DNA of 64,000 bases from the NCBI GenBank assembly GCA_951406725.2, contig OX597826.1:73966001-74030000 (forward strand). Direction: 5' to 3'. The position numbers were made by a program, and so were the translations under genes. The stretch comes from Octopus vulgaris (Eukaryota). The notes below the pieces were generated by a model, which was not told the origin of the DNA, searched no databases, and was given only the letters and a program-made list of their open reading frames with translations. Shown piece by piece: positions 1 to 13,700 of this stretch; the first letter of the stretch is position 1, and each line of letters begins with the position of its first letter.

Positions 1-222
1 TAAATAATTACAGTTTTGTAGCTAGCCTGCTTTTCTAATGATTATATATTTATATAGTGAGCTTCTTTCAGTTCCCATCTACCAAATCCACTCACAAGGC
101 TTTGGTCGGCTTAAGGCTGTTGTAGAAGACCCGAAAGTACGTGGTTGGGAAACGAATTTCTCGACCCCATAGCCAATGCCTGTGTTTACACCACATGCAC
201 ATACACACATAGCTAGTTAACT

Positions 223-402
223 GGGTACTACTTAAGAAGGGTGGTCCCGGTGCGCGCATCCGCACTGGCTAGTCGTGACTAGTCGATCCTTACTTTGTGC
301 TTTTGTGTTTTATTTACTTTACTAAGTAGTCGTTGTAGGATCGACTAGCTAGCTCGGATGCGCGAGTGCGCGCACCCGGGACCACTTTTCTCAAGTAATA
401 CC
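223..402. mobile_element. Palindromic CpG-rich MITE upstream of GATB
   Basis: Left arm ggtactacttaagaagggtggtcccgg-tgcgcgca matches the reverse complement of the right arm, ggtattacttgagaaaagtggtcccgggtgcgcgca; inner IR ctagtcgatcct/aggatcgactag; T-rich spacer. Confidence 0.8.
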
Positions 403-675
403 TAACATATATATATTATCGACAAATAGTTTACCAATCCGCCTAATAAATACATAAGCTTCCAGTAGGCTCTACTTTCAGAGAGACTTGTCGATAGGTG
501 ACAAGTGCTCTGTATATTAAGGGCAGACAACCCAGACATGTTTAAAGCCGATAATATTTCTTTTTGCCAATTAACGCCGTGTAATTGACCAGAATTTGAG
601 GTTAAATTGAAAGGGGAAAGTATATGATATCTTTGTGATGTAAAAACTAATTACTTCTGATACAAGTCGATAATA

Positions 676-761
676 ATGACAACTTATAGCATTTTGTCCT
701 TGAATCGAGTTTTTATTCCTCGTTTAAAACAAATCCGAACTTTATCAACTCAACTACAACG
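676..761 (+). CDS. GATB: GATB exon 1, mitochondrial targeting peptide
   Basis: ATG 676, [29 protein letters not shown] (Arg/Ser/Thr-rich, no acidic residues). Donor CG|gtaaag is phase 2 and matches the exon 2 acceptor ag|T. Confidence 0.8.
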
Positions 762-3700
762 GTAAAGCAAAACATTTCTCATTTTATGTTTCATTTAATT
801 GATTATTTCACTCGTAAAATGTTCACTATCAAACTTGTTGTTTAGCCCCAGGCCAGATCCCTTTGGTCTGACATTCAAAGGGATTCCGGCCACGACCCAT
901 CCATCTTGTTTATTTGGATTGCATTATTCAGTATCACCTTCCTGGGTTTTTTTAGAGGGCAAGGTGTGATTCGGGAGGGGTTAGCTGTTATTTCTAGCAA
1001 GTTGAGTGCCACCTCGTTGTCTTTATCTGTTGCTGTTATTGTTTCCTCAATATTATCTAAAAATGAATACATTTAAATAAATTGTTGATGTAGACATAAC
1101 GATTATTTGAAAGAAAACTGCGAATTACGTGAGTTCTTGGTCGCAATAGAACTTTCGCCTCATTGTTCGCATTTCCATATATTGAATGCTCTGAGATGCG
1201 AACATCGAAAAATACCTGAGGAATGAAAACCCAGGTTCGAAATTACCGCAAGACACCTGATGAAGGCTGGAGGGTAAATCAGCCGAAACGTGTAAACAAC
1301 AAACAAGATGAGGACAAATATCCGTCAAATATAAATAAGGTAAATAATTCCTCATCTCTTAGATATAGAACTGCGAACAAGGAGGATTGAATTTTGTTTA
1401 CTGTGAGTAACTAAATACACTGGCAAGATTATAAACCCAGTATCACCGTACTAATCACCTAGATTCTGGTCAATTTCTTCTATTAGAGTTTCGTTTGTGT
1501 GCAATAGTTTTAGGGCATTTTTCTACGAGATCGTTCGAAATTGCAACGAAATCCTTTTTCAAATCGTACCATAACCGTCTTTAAAAAAATGTAAGGACAA
1601 ATTACATTCGTAAAGGTATATCTACTCGAGTGTGCCCCTTCGATTTTGTTTCCTCGTAACTTTTAGAGGGAAAAATTGGGTATTTTTTTAATGCAGTGTT
1701 CTACAAATGCCTTTCAGATAATTCTTAGGGGTTCTCAAACGGGGTCTAAATTGCCCTTAGGGCTCCATATAAGATTCTGTTGCTAAAATGTATCTGCAAT
1801 AAACTGGATTCTTCTACAATACACTAAATATTTTATCAATTTTTATAGAAATTTCTAATATTTAGTTATAAAAATACAGTATGATTTTTTTTTGGTAATT
1901 GTTCAGCTTAGGGATATAAAAACATCGCCAAGCCATAAAAATTAAGTGGGAGATAACGAGTAAAGCAACATAAATAAGTCATTCATATATTGTGGCTGAG
2001 AAAAACACAAGAGTATTATTATAGTAGATGCATGGAAAACATGCTGTAGTGGTCCTCTACCATGGAGAGCAACCTTTCTGACCCTCCCAAACTTCATGGT
2101 ACCCACACTTCCTGCATTTCAAAGGTAATGGGATGAAATGGTGCTAAGCATTTTGTCTGGATCTTGAACAATTCCACCAGTTTGCTGCCTGAATGATAAT
2201 AATAATTCTTATATTTATTTATTGTAGTGACTACAAAGAATGGTGTGGTGTTATCGGCTTAGAAATCCATGCTCAGATTCTATCAGAAAGCAAAATGTTT
2301 TCAGGTTCTGCCACTACATACGGTGCTCCAACTAACACACAAGTTTCGTTTTTTGATGCTGCCCTTCCTGGAACTTTACCTGTAAGTCGTGTCTTGAATC
2401 TCCATGAGTTTCTTTATTGTTTTAAAATGGAATTGATGTTAAGTTTCATAGAATTTAACCTTTTCAACTATAGCAAAAGGAGAAACTATTTACCTGTGGT
2501 GTGAGACCATTTGTGTCATAATTACCTGTGGATGTAAGTGGTGGATGAGAAGCAGCTGTAACAGCAAGAGTGAGAGCCATTCAAGAATTTGAACCTGGAG
2601 ATCTCCATTTCCAGTGACTTCGAGGGCCACCTCCCAGTGGTGTCGGGCGTCAACGAAGAGCCCTCGACTACAACGAGAGGACCAAAGTTCTTTTTTCCTT
2701 TCCAAGGTCTGGGGTCCCCCACTCCTAAGCCCTAGACCATCACCTAATCACACCTTACCCGTCTTGTTGCTTAACAACAACAACAACAGCAAGAGTGAGA
2801 CTTAGCTGGGTGAAGTTCAGGGAATGTGGAGCATTGTTATAGGGGAGAAAGTTCTCATTAAAAATGAAAGGAAGGGTCTGTAAGAGTCATGTGAGAGCTG
2901 CAATACTGTATGGGAGAGAGAGAGAGATGGTAATATTGAGAAGGAACGAGAGAGCAATGGTGAGAGAAATGTGTGGGGGTGAAGCTGTTTGATAAGAGGA
3001 GGACTGAGGATTTGATGGGAATGCTGGGGTTGGAGGAATCGGTGGAAAGGTTGGCAAGGGTGAGTGGCTGTGAGGTGGTAACGGGCATGTGTTGAGCAGG
3101 GGCGAAGAGCATGTTCTGAGAAGGTTGATTTCGTTTGAGGTAAAGGGAACTCGAAAGCGAGGTAGACCAAGGAAAATGTATAGAAGACAGGTGGAGGAAG
3201 AGATTGGGAGGGTTGGTATGTAAAAGGAGGACGCCCAAAACTGGGAAAGATGGTGTGAGGGCAGTTGCTATGGCATTGAGGTAGATCCGGCCATCCCCAT
3301 TAACAGGGACAAAACCCGGATTTAAAACACTGGATGATGATGATGATGATATGATGAAAATGTAATTATTTTACTACCAAAGCCTGTAGTATTGTATTGT
3401 AATTAGACTCTTTAAATCATAAGTAATCTCTTAACCCTTCAGCATTTGAACTGGCCATACCTGGCCCCAAATATTCTACTTGTTTTATGTTCAAACTGGT
3501 CATAATTTTATCATTTTCTCACAAATGAGTACTCGTAATAATGTTGTACTCTTGTTTCAATAACTATTCTATTAGTAATATTCACCCTGTTTGCTGTGGA
3601 GGCACATGGCCTAGTGGTTAGAGCAGCGGACTTGCGGTCGAGAGATCGTGGGTTCGAATCTCAGACCAGGCGATGTGTGTGTTTATGACCGAAACACCTA

Positions 3701-4590
3701 AGCTCCACGTGGCTCCGGCAGAAGGTAATGACGAACTTCTGCTGACTCTTCCTCCACAAATTTCTCTCACTCTTTCCTCCTGCATCTTGCAGCTCACCGG
3801 CGTCCCATCCAGGTGGGGAACCTATATGCCAAGGAAACCGGGAAACCGGCACTTATGAGCCAGGCATGGCTCGAGAAGGAACAAAAAAGAAACCCTTATG
3901 GGTCTTTGTAATTTCTCAGGAAATTTTGTTAATAGTTGTTTATGATCACCCCATAATAATTAGGGATTTCTTTTTACCTGGAGCCTGGTGCAGCCTTCCA
4001 GCATGCCAGCCTAGTCAAACTGTCCAACCCATGCCAACATGAACAACAGACATTATGATGATGATGATGATAAGTATTGTTGAAGAAGTTATTTCTAAAC
4101 TTTCTTTGATTTCAGGTATTAAATAAAAAATGTTTGGAAGCTGGCGTACTTACAAGTCTGGCTCTTGGTTGTAACATCAACAAGGTGTCATTGTTTGATA
4201 GGAAACATTATTTTTACGCTGATTTGCCCGTAAGTATGAACATATTTTTATAATACAATACTGTGAAGTGCAATGAGAAAGAAGGGGTGAGGTCAGTTCT
4301 CAAAATGTTGGGTGATATGGGATCAAAAAGAATGTTTTGCAGACATGAACAACTCATGTCAGCAGAGGAAAACAGATGTTCTGTCAATGATGCGAATTTT
4401 TTATAGCTAGGCGTAGGAGTGGCTGTGTGGTAAGTAGCTTGCTTACCAACCACATGGCTCCGGGTTCAGTCCCACCTTAGGCAAGTGTCTTCTACTATAG
4501 CCTCGGGCCGACTATAGCCTTGTGAGTGGATTTGGTATACGGAAGCTGAAAGAAGCCTATCGTATATATGTATGTATATATATGTATGTA

Positions 4591-4627
<37 letters not shown>

Positions 4628-7600
4628 ATGCTTATGTTTGTGTCTGTGTGTCTGTGTTTGTCCCCCCAACATCGCTTGACAATCAATGCTGGTATGTTTA
4701 CGTCCCTGTAACTTAGCGGTTCGGCAACAGAGACCAATAGAATAAGTACTAAGCTTACAAAGAATAAGTCCTGGGGTCGATTTGCTGGACTAAAAGGTGG
4801 TGCTCCAGCATGGCCACAGTCAAATGACTGAAACAAGTAAAAGAGTAAAGGAGTAGATGCTTTTATTCCGGTTTAAGTTGTGTAGGTTTTTCTGAAAAAA
4901 TTGCTAGTTTTTGAAGGATTTGGTTCATTGTGAAGTAAGGTTGGGTGTCAGACCTCCATCTTCTGCTCTCCTTATAATTTCTTTCCTTTGTCTTCCAGGC
5001 TGGGTATCAAATCACACAGTATTTCAAACCATTGGCTCAAGGTGGTAAGCTCAAATATTACGTTCCTGGGCATTCAAAAGACAAAGGACATGTTGAAAAA
5101 GAGGCTAGAATCACTCAGATTCAGCTGGAAGTTGACAGTGGAAAAAGCTTGCATGATTATACAGATAGAACTACTTTAATTGATTTAAATCGAGCAGGTA
5201 AGGCAAAATTCATTTTATATTGTGTGCTGCCACTTAAAAGCACCCAGTTCACAGTGGTCCAAGTGGTTGGTGTTTGGAAGGGCATCCAGCTGTAAAAACC
5301 TTGCCAAAACTGACCTCACCTGTGCTTGTGCCACATAAAATGCCCACTAAGTCCACTCTGCTGAGTGGTTGGTGTTAGGAAGGGCATCCAGATGTAGAAA
5401 TCCTGCCAAAACAATCACAAAAATCTGGTACAGGCTTCTGCCTGGCTGGCTCTTGTGAAACCGTCCCATCCATGGAAGGTGGACGTTAAACGATGATGAT
5501 GATGATGATGATGATGGTGCATGAATGGCTGTGTTGTTAAAAAGTTAGGTTTTCCAACCACATGGTTCCAGGTTCAGTCTCACTACAGGGCACCTTGAGC
5601 AAGTATCTTCTCCTATAGTCTCAGGCTGACCAAAGCTTTGTGAATGGAATAAAAAACTGAAAAAAGCCTGTTAGATATATATTAATTGAAGCGTACAGTA
5701 TTATATATATATCCATTACAGCCGATCATACCAATTGATTTGGCATTAGGGGTTCAAAAGGATATTAGGTAACAGCCTGATTATGTAACCCTGTGCTTTT
5801 CAGAGTTGGCAGTTATGAAAGAAAATATGGTAACTGCTCCTAACATGCCAAAGAAAGAAAATGCCACAACTCCAGCCAAATACCTATGGTTGTTGAAAGA
5901 AAGTACCACAGAATACAACATAAAGTGGAAAATATTAGAGATGCAAGGCATACTTCAACAGCAGCACAAAGTGCAGCTTATGCCTAGCTGAGAAAAGATC
6001 CATATCAAATCATTCTCAGCACCCAGGCATCTGTCTCAATTTGTTTAGGAAAGAGCTGTCAATAATTTGTTGGTGGTGGTAGTAGCACTGCCACCACTAC
6101 CACCTCTGGTATAATGTCAGTTAAATTGAAACAATATTATTACATTGTTATTGTTGTTTTGTGAGATTTATTACTAATTCAATTTTTTTTTTATGGGGAA
6201 TTCGTTAACAGGAATGGGGCTTATGGAAATTGTCACAGAACCAGATTTTAAGAACGGAGAGGAAGCTGCTGCCTTTTTGAAAGAATTACAGTTGCTTTTG
6301 ATGACGTTGGGAACATGCAATGGCAAGATGTCAGGTACGAGGATTAGTTTGGCTTTTGACTAATCTAAATCTCCTGACTTTTGTTCTGTTTGTTAATTAC
6401 CAATTTGTATTTGTTTCTCATCTCTTTAGAGGGTTCTTTGCGTGTTGATGCTAACATCTCCATCCACCGTCAGAGTGAACCCTACGGAGTGCGCACTGAA
6501 GTAAAAAACATCAACAGTATTAGGAATGTGGCCAAAGCTATTGGTAAAGTACTTTCGCTTTATTTATTTAACTTTATTCTTCATCATTGTTTTACCATCC
6601 ATCTTTTCCATGCTTGCTTAGATGAGACAGAATTAATTACGATTTTCTAAGGCTGGATGCACTTCCAGTCACCAACCATCAACTATTTTCAAGCAAAGTA
6701 ATATTTTCCCATGGCCAGACATGTCCCTGCAGATGATTGGAAATGAATGCTGCTTGTATGACAGTGGCACTTCTTTACAACTATCAAAACAAGGAGACAC
6801 AAACACCCACACCTATGGTTGTACAGGAACATCACCTTCATACCAATGAAGTCGTTTGTTTCCAATCTACCACGAAAAATATTTTCCAGCTGTGCGAAAT
6901 ATTACCCTACCTGGAAGCAGGTGAGGGTTAGCAACAGGAAGGGCATCCAGCTGTTTCTATGGCAGATTTTCTAATCTGTCTCAACAAATTCTGCCTGACT
7001 CATGCAGGCATGGAAAAATGGACGTTAAACAATGATGATGATGGTGGTGATTACACACACGCACACAATGGGCTTCTTACAGTTTCCATCTACCAAATCC
7101 ACTTACAAAGCTTTGGTCTTGTTATTAATTATTGATGTTATTGTTGAAGAAATGTCATCTCAAAATATTTGATAGAATTGTGGAAGCAGTTAAATTATGT
7201 TCAGTATTATTTGATATCTTTACGATATCAATGAATAAAATATGAATGGGGAGAGACACAGTTAATTAAAGAGTGACAAGATGTTGTGGCATGAAACATC
7301 TCTGGATTTTCCGAGTCTTGATTCCAGCCTTTTATTATTGCAAGTCTCACATATTGAGAAGGTTTTTTTACTTTTTTACTTGTTTCACTCATTTGACTGC
7401 GGCCATGCTGGAGCACCGCCTTTAGTCGAGCAAATCAACCCCAGGACTTATTCTTTGTAAGCCTAGTACTTATTCTATCAGTCTCTTTTGCCGAACGACT
7501 AAGTTAGAGGATGTAAACACACCAGCATCGGTTGTCAAGCGATGTTGGAGGGACAAACACAGACACATAAACATATACACACACAAATACATACATATAT

Positions 7601-10600
7601 ATGTATATACGACGGGCTTCTTTCACAAGGCTTTGGTCAGCCCGAGGCTATAGTAGAAGACACTTGCCCAAGGTGCCATGCAGTGGGACTGAACCTGGAA
7701 CCATGTGGTTCGTAAGGAAGCTACTTCCCACACAGCCACTCCTACGCCTAGTGGCGAAAGAGTCAGCAGAAGTTCGCCATTACCTCCTGCCGGAACTGCG
7801 TGGAGCTGAGGTGTTTTGCTCATAAACACACACATCGCCCGGTCTGAGATTCGAACCTGCGATCCCTCGACCGTGAGTCCACTGCTCTAACCATTAGGCC
7901 CGGGTCAATGAAGGTTTACAACTGTGAACTAGCATAGGATTGTTTGAAGGCCATAAATATTCCTTGAAAAACATATCTTTTATCTTTTACTTGTTTCAAC
8001 TATTGGACTGTGGCCATGCTGGGGCATCACCTTATTTTTCTCTTTAAGACTGATACTTTTTCTGTTGGTCACATTTGCCCAAACTGCCAAGCTACAGGGA
8101 TGTAAACAAACCAACACCAGTTGTCAAGCAGCAGTGATGGCAACAAATACAGATACAAAGACACGCACACATACGGATTTCCTTACAGTTTCCGTCTACA
8201 AAGCATTGGTCAACCCAGGGCTAAAGTAGAAGACATTTGCCCCAAGTACCATGTAATGGGATTGAACTTGAAATCTTATGGTTGCAAAAGCAAGCTTCCT
8301 AACCACACTGCCATGACTGTGTCTATATCTTAGTTTTTGAAATTTTCAAGTTATTAACCCTTTAGCCTCCAGGTTATTCTGTCAAATGTGATGCTAATTT
8401 ACTCTTTTACTTGTTTCAGTCATTTGACTGCGGCCATGCTGGAGCACCGCCTTTAGTCGAGCAAATCGACCCCAGGACTTATTCTTTGTAAGCCCAGTAC
8501 TTATTCTATCGGTCTCTTTTGCCGAACCGCTAAGTGACGGGGACGTAAACACACCAGCATCGGTTGTCAAGCAATGCTAGGGGACAAACACAGACACACA
8601 AACACACACACGCTTATATATATATACATATATATGACAGGCTTCTTTCAGTTTCCGTCTACCAAATCCACTCACAAGGCTTTGGTCGGCCCGAGGCTAT
8701 AGTAGAAGACACTTGCCCAAGGTGCCACGCAGTGGGACTGAACCCGGAACCATGTGGTTGGTAAAGAAGCTACTTACCACACAGCTACTCCTACGCCTAA
8801 TTTATTCCCATTGTTTTGAATTAATCATGCATTATCTCATAATTAATCATATCTCATAGCTTTGAGCTTTCAATGATGTGACTGTTTACTTTTAAAACGA
8901 CATTGTAGGGTAGGTGCGAGAGGCCAGATCCGGCTAGTTTGAACATAAAACAGATAAAATTTTTAGGGTTGGATTTGGCCAGTTTAAATGCTAAAGAGCT
9001 AATGTCTGTTTTATTTTTACCTTTCAAAAATTCTTTCATATCAAAGATTACGAGATAGAAAGACAAATTGTCGACAGAAATGAAGGAAAGGAAATCGAGA
9101 ATGAAACACGCTCATTTGACTCTGAAACTGGGTGAGTGAGGATTTGCCAAAATATATATTTTTCTCAAATATATTTCAGTTTCTTTTGCAAGACAATTGT
9201 AGGAGAAGTACTTAGCTAAGAACAAGCCAAAAGTACCAAGAATCTGATGACCCGGAGGAGCTCAGAGTTCCACAATTTATAATATGGTTGTAACTGAGGA
9301 AACTGTGAGCAGATAAATGGCTTGTGAGGACCATACAAGCCATGTAAAGTGGTGTGTCAGCAATGGATTTAGCATGCAGGCAGGAGTTAATCAGAGCTCA
9401 GGCCTCAGCTTTGCCTTGTTTATGATAATCCTCCAAGTCATAACAGCGAAATTTAAAACCCGTGCTGGTGACATGTAAAAAGCACCATCTGAATGTGGCT
9501 GATGCCAGCACCGTCTGACTGGCATCCGTGTCTGTAACACGTAAAAAGCACCAACCGATCGTGCCCGTTTGCCAGCCTCACCTGGCACCTGTGCCGGTGG
9601 CACGTAAAAAGCACCCACTACACTCACGGAGTGGTTGGCGTTAGGAAGGGCATCCAGCTGTAGAAACACTGCCAGATCAGACTGGAGCCTGGTGCAGCCT
9701 TCTGGCTTCCCAGACCCTGGTCAAACCGTCCAACCCATGCTAGCATGGAAAGCGGGCATTAAACAATGCTGATGATGATGACTAATTTTTATATGCTGAA
9801 GACTTCGTTTATAGAGCAGAATCTGTTGAAGATTTCAATGAGAAGCAAAACCTGGAATCAAGAGAACTCAAAGTAAACTTAGAAAAGACGAAAGTTGGAA
9901 TGGATGAATATTGAAGGTTACTTGCCATAGTGTGTGTCTGTCTGTCTGTCTATGTATCTATATGTATGTATGGATGGATGCATGGATAAACCGATGGTTG
10001 GACAACAAGTCTTTTATCAGCTAAAAATTACTATTGAACCAACTAGTTTCACCTGACTTCAAAGACTTATCAAAGATTGATTACTTCTGTCTTGCAATTA
10101 GTGTAAGATAATTATATAAAATATAAACAAATTTATGTTCAGACTCACTTTTTTGTGCAACTTAAAAAAACGTTACTGAAATCTGTTTTATTTGCTATTT
10201 TCACAGGTGTGTTTAGAAGAACAGAAATGCAAAATGTGATCTCTTTATGTTTTTTTATAATTCCAGAGAAACGGTATCTATGAGAGACAAAGAAGGTTTC
10301 CAAGATTATCGATTTATGCCAGAACCAAATTTGCTTCCTGTTCATGTTTATGACAATTCAACCGTTCCTTGTGATGCACATTCTGAAGTCGTTAACATTG
10401 ACACTCTCAGAGAACAAATGCCAGAACTACCCAATAAAAAACGAGAACATCTACAGAAAAATTACAATTTATCAATTGAAGTCAGCAACATACTTTTGGT
10501 GAGCTATCAATTAAAACATGTTTCAAATTTAATTTGTTATTGAAATGGAAATAATCAAGTTTCCTGTGGATTCACGGTTCTTCATTTAATGTAATATAAA

Positions 10601-10727
10601 ATGACATTTAAAACAGATTCGTTAGTTAAAGTTTTCTGTCTATCTATCTTTAAATGTTAAAGCTTAAAACAAATTGGTCTTCTGTGTAGATAATATCAAT
10701 TGATGGCAACTGAAAGAAGCCCATCGG

Positions 10728-10761
<34 letters not shown>

Positions 10762-13700
10762 ATCACTGGACTAGTTTTGGTCTTATTAAAGCATAAACTT
10801 CACCATAGGCCAACCAAAGCCTTGTCAGTGGATTTGGTAGAGGGAAACTGAAAGAAGCCCGTCATATATATGTGTATGTTTGTGTACAATGTATGTGTGT
10901 CTGTGTTTGTTCCCCTCAACATTGCTTGACAACCGATGCTGGTGTGTTTACGTCCCCGTAACTTAGCAGTTCGGCAAAAGAGACTGATAGAATAAGTACT
11001 AGGCTTACAAAGAATAAGTCCCGGGGGTCGATTTGCTCGACTAAAGGCAGTGCTCCAGCATGGCCGCAGTCAAATGACTGAAACAAGTCAAAGAGTAAAA
11101 GAGTATACTTTGCAAAGTAGTGATAAGAGGAAGAATTACTAAGTTGCTATTCAATATCATCATCATCATTATTTAACGTCCGTTTTCCATGCTAGCATGG
11201 GTTGGACGGTTCGACCGGGGTCTGGGAAGCCAGGAGGCTGCACCAGGCTCCAGTCTGATTTGGCAGTGTTTCTACAGCTGGATGCCCTTCCTAATGCCTA
11301 CCACTCCGTGAGTGTAGTGGGTGCTTTTTACGTGCCAGGCAAGGCTGGCAACGCCCACGATCGGTTGGTGCCTTTTATGTGCCACCGGCACGGAGGCCAG
11401 TTAGGGCGGCGCTGGCAACGGCCAAGTTCAGATGATTCTTTTATGTGCCACCGGCACTGGTATCAGGCATTAAAATTAACATATTTAAAAAAAAAAAAAC
11501 AGTTTGTAACTAAAGCTTTTCCATTATTTATTTATTTATTTATTTATTTATTCTAGTTTGAAGATGGTTTACTACAGTTGTTTGAAGATTCTGTGAATGC
11601 CAGCAAAGGACGTTTGGCATCCGTTCAAATCATCTGCAACTTTTTAATGAATGAGTTTCTTCAATATCTCAATGCCCTTAATACTACTGTGAAGCAAAGG
11701 TTGGTAACCTTTTAAACATTCATAATGTTATCTTCTATTAAATCATCATCACCATTTAACATCTGTTTTTCATGCTGGCATGGGTTGGACACTTTGACAG
11801 GAGCTGGCTATCCAGAAGATTGCACCGGGCTTCAGTTTCTGTTTTGGCAAGGTTTTTATGGCTGGAAGCCCTTCCTAACACCAGAACCCTGCAGAGTGGA
11901 CTGAAAGCTTTTTACATGACATCAGCACTGGCAAGGTTTTTACAGCTGGATGCCCTTCCAAATGCCAACCACTTTACAATGTGGACTGGATGCTTTTTAC
12001 CTGGTACAACACCGACAGGGTCACCAAGTAAAGATCCTTTGAGAGGAGAGGGGACATTGGAAGAGTTGGCCCTGTGCCAGGTGATGGGGGGGTTGAGTGT
12101 GACAAAGGGCCAGAAACAGGTGTCTTGGCTGTAGAGGAGATAAATGGTTACTTAGTCAGAGGGGGAGAGAGAGAGAGGGAAAGAAAAGAGACCAATAAAT
12201 AAGTGTCAGGCTTTAAGGAAAAAAGTACGGAGGTCAATTCATTTGAATAAAAATTCTTCAGGGTGGTGCCCCAGCATGGCCTGAGTCTAATGACTGAAAC
12301 AATCATCATCATCATCATCATTGTTTAACGTCCGCTTTCCATGCTGGCATGGGTTGGATGGTTTGACTGAGGACGGGTGAGTCAGAGGCAGCACCAGGTT
12401 CAATCTGATCTGGCAAAGTTTCTACAGCTAGATGCCCTTCTTAACACCAACCACTCCAAGAGTGTTGTGGGTGCTTTTACGTGACACCGGCACAAGGGCC
12501 AGTCAGGTAGTTCTGGCAATGACGACGCTCAAAAGGTGTTTTTTACACGCTACCTGCACGGGAGCCAGTCCGGTGGCACTGGCAACGACCATGCTTGAAT
12601 TTTGTTTTTCACGTGCCACCGGGACATGTGCCAGTAAAGCGACTCTGGCAACGTTCACGCTCGAATAGTACTTTCCATGTGCCACCGGCACGAGAACCTA
12701 TCCATGGCCCTGGCATCAATTACGCTCGGATGTGCTTTTAATGTTCTACTGGTACGGGTGCCAATCAGGCGGTACTGTCATCAGCCATGTCAACGATTTT
12801 GATTTCACTTGCCTCAATAGGTCTTTGCAAGCAAAGTTCATTGTCCAATGAATGAGGGGTACTCATAAGTGGGCTGGTTACACCCACTGGCATAGGCCAT
12901 GGGCTATGGTATCACTTGGCTTGTCGGGTCTTCTCAAGCAAAAGATAAAAGATATATTTCTGCATGTGTGTGTGTGTTAGTATCTCCCTGTTTTGACATC
13001 ACACGACAGTAGTAAACTGGTGTCAGTGTCGTACAAGTGGAGGTCCTTCATGTCTAATATTCTGCAAGAACGTGTCAGGCTATGGGGAAAAAAATCTACA
13101 TCACTTGGAAACTGGTGAGGGTTGGTGGCAGGAAAGGCATCCGGCTGTAATAAATTTGTCTCAAATAAACTGTGAGACCGATGCAAGCATGGAAAAATGA
13201 ATGTTGAAACAATGGCGATGAGGATTTGTTGCTGTTGGTTTTTATTCTTCTTGCTTTATTATTTTAAATGATTGTCATGACTCTGTGATCGTTACATATT
13301 CAAATCTTAGATTTTAATCATTCGTGGCCTCTACCTGGGATGTAGCCAGCCCACTTATGCATTCCTTTCTTTCTTGGGACACAAAACTCCACTTGTGAAG
13401 ACCTGTTGAGGCAAGTGAAAATCAAAATCAAAATCTGTCATACCAGTGCCAGTGGCACGTAAGAGAACCATCCGAATGTGGCTGTAGCCAGCGCCGCCCG
13501 ACTGGCACGTAAAAAGCACCATCCGACCGTGGCCAGCTTCGTCTGGTCCCCATACCGGTGGCACGTAAAAAGCACCATCTGATCGTGGCTGTTTGCCAGC
13601 CTCGTCTGGCACCTGTGCTGGTGGCACATAAAAAGCACCCACTACACTCAGAGTGGTTGGTGTTAGGAAGGGCATCCAGCTGTAGAAACACTGCCTGATC

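Noticed and set aside
1907-1980. Possible extra GATB exon after ttgttcag
   Set aside because: Stops in all frames, lies within a hAT-like MITE, and exon 1 splices in frame directly to 2228.
2817-3238. 117-126 aa ORFs on the minus strand
   Set aside because: Purine-rich low-complexity sequence between RTE fragments; no splice or homology support. The same applies to 48490-48880.
3596-3670. tRNA-Arg gene
   Set aside because: No acceptor stem; it continues into a SINE body with related copies at 7750-7900 and 23430-23790.
9244-9290. Second CTGATGA hammerhead candidate (also ~22764 on the minus strand and ~57833)
   Set aside because: No stem II closed by GAAA.
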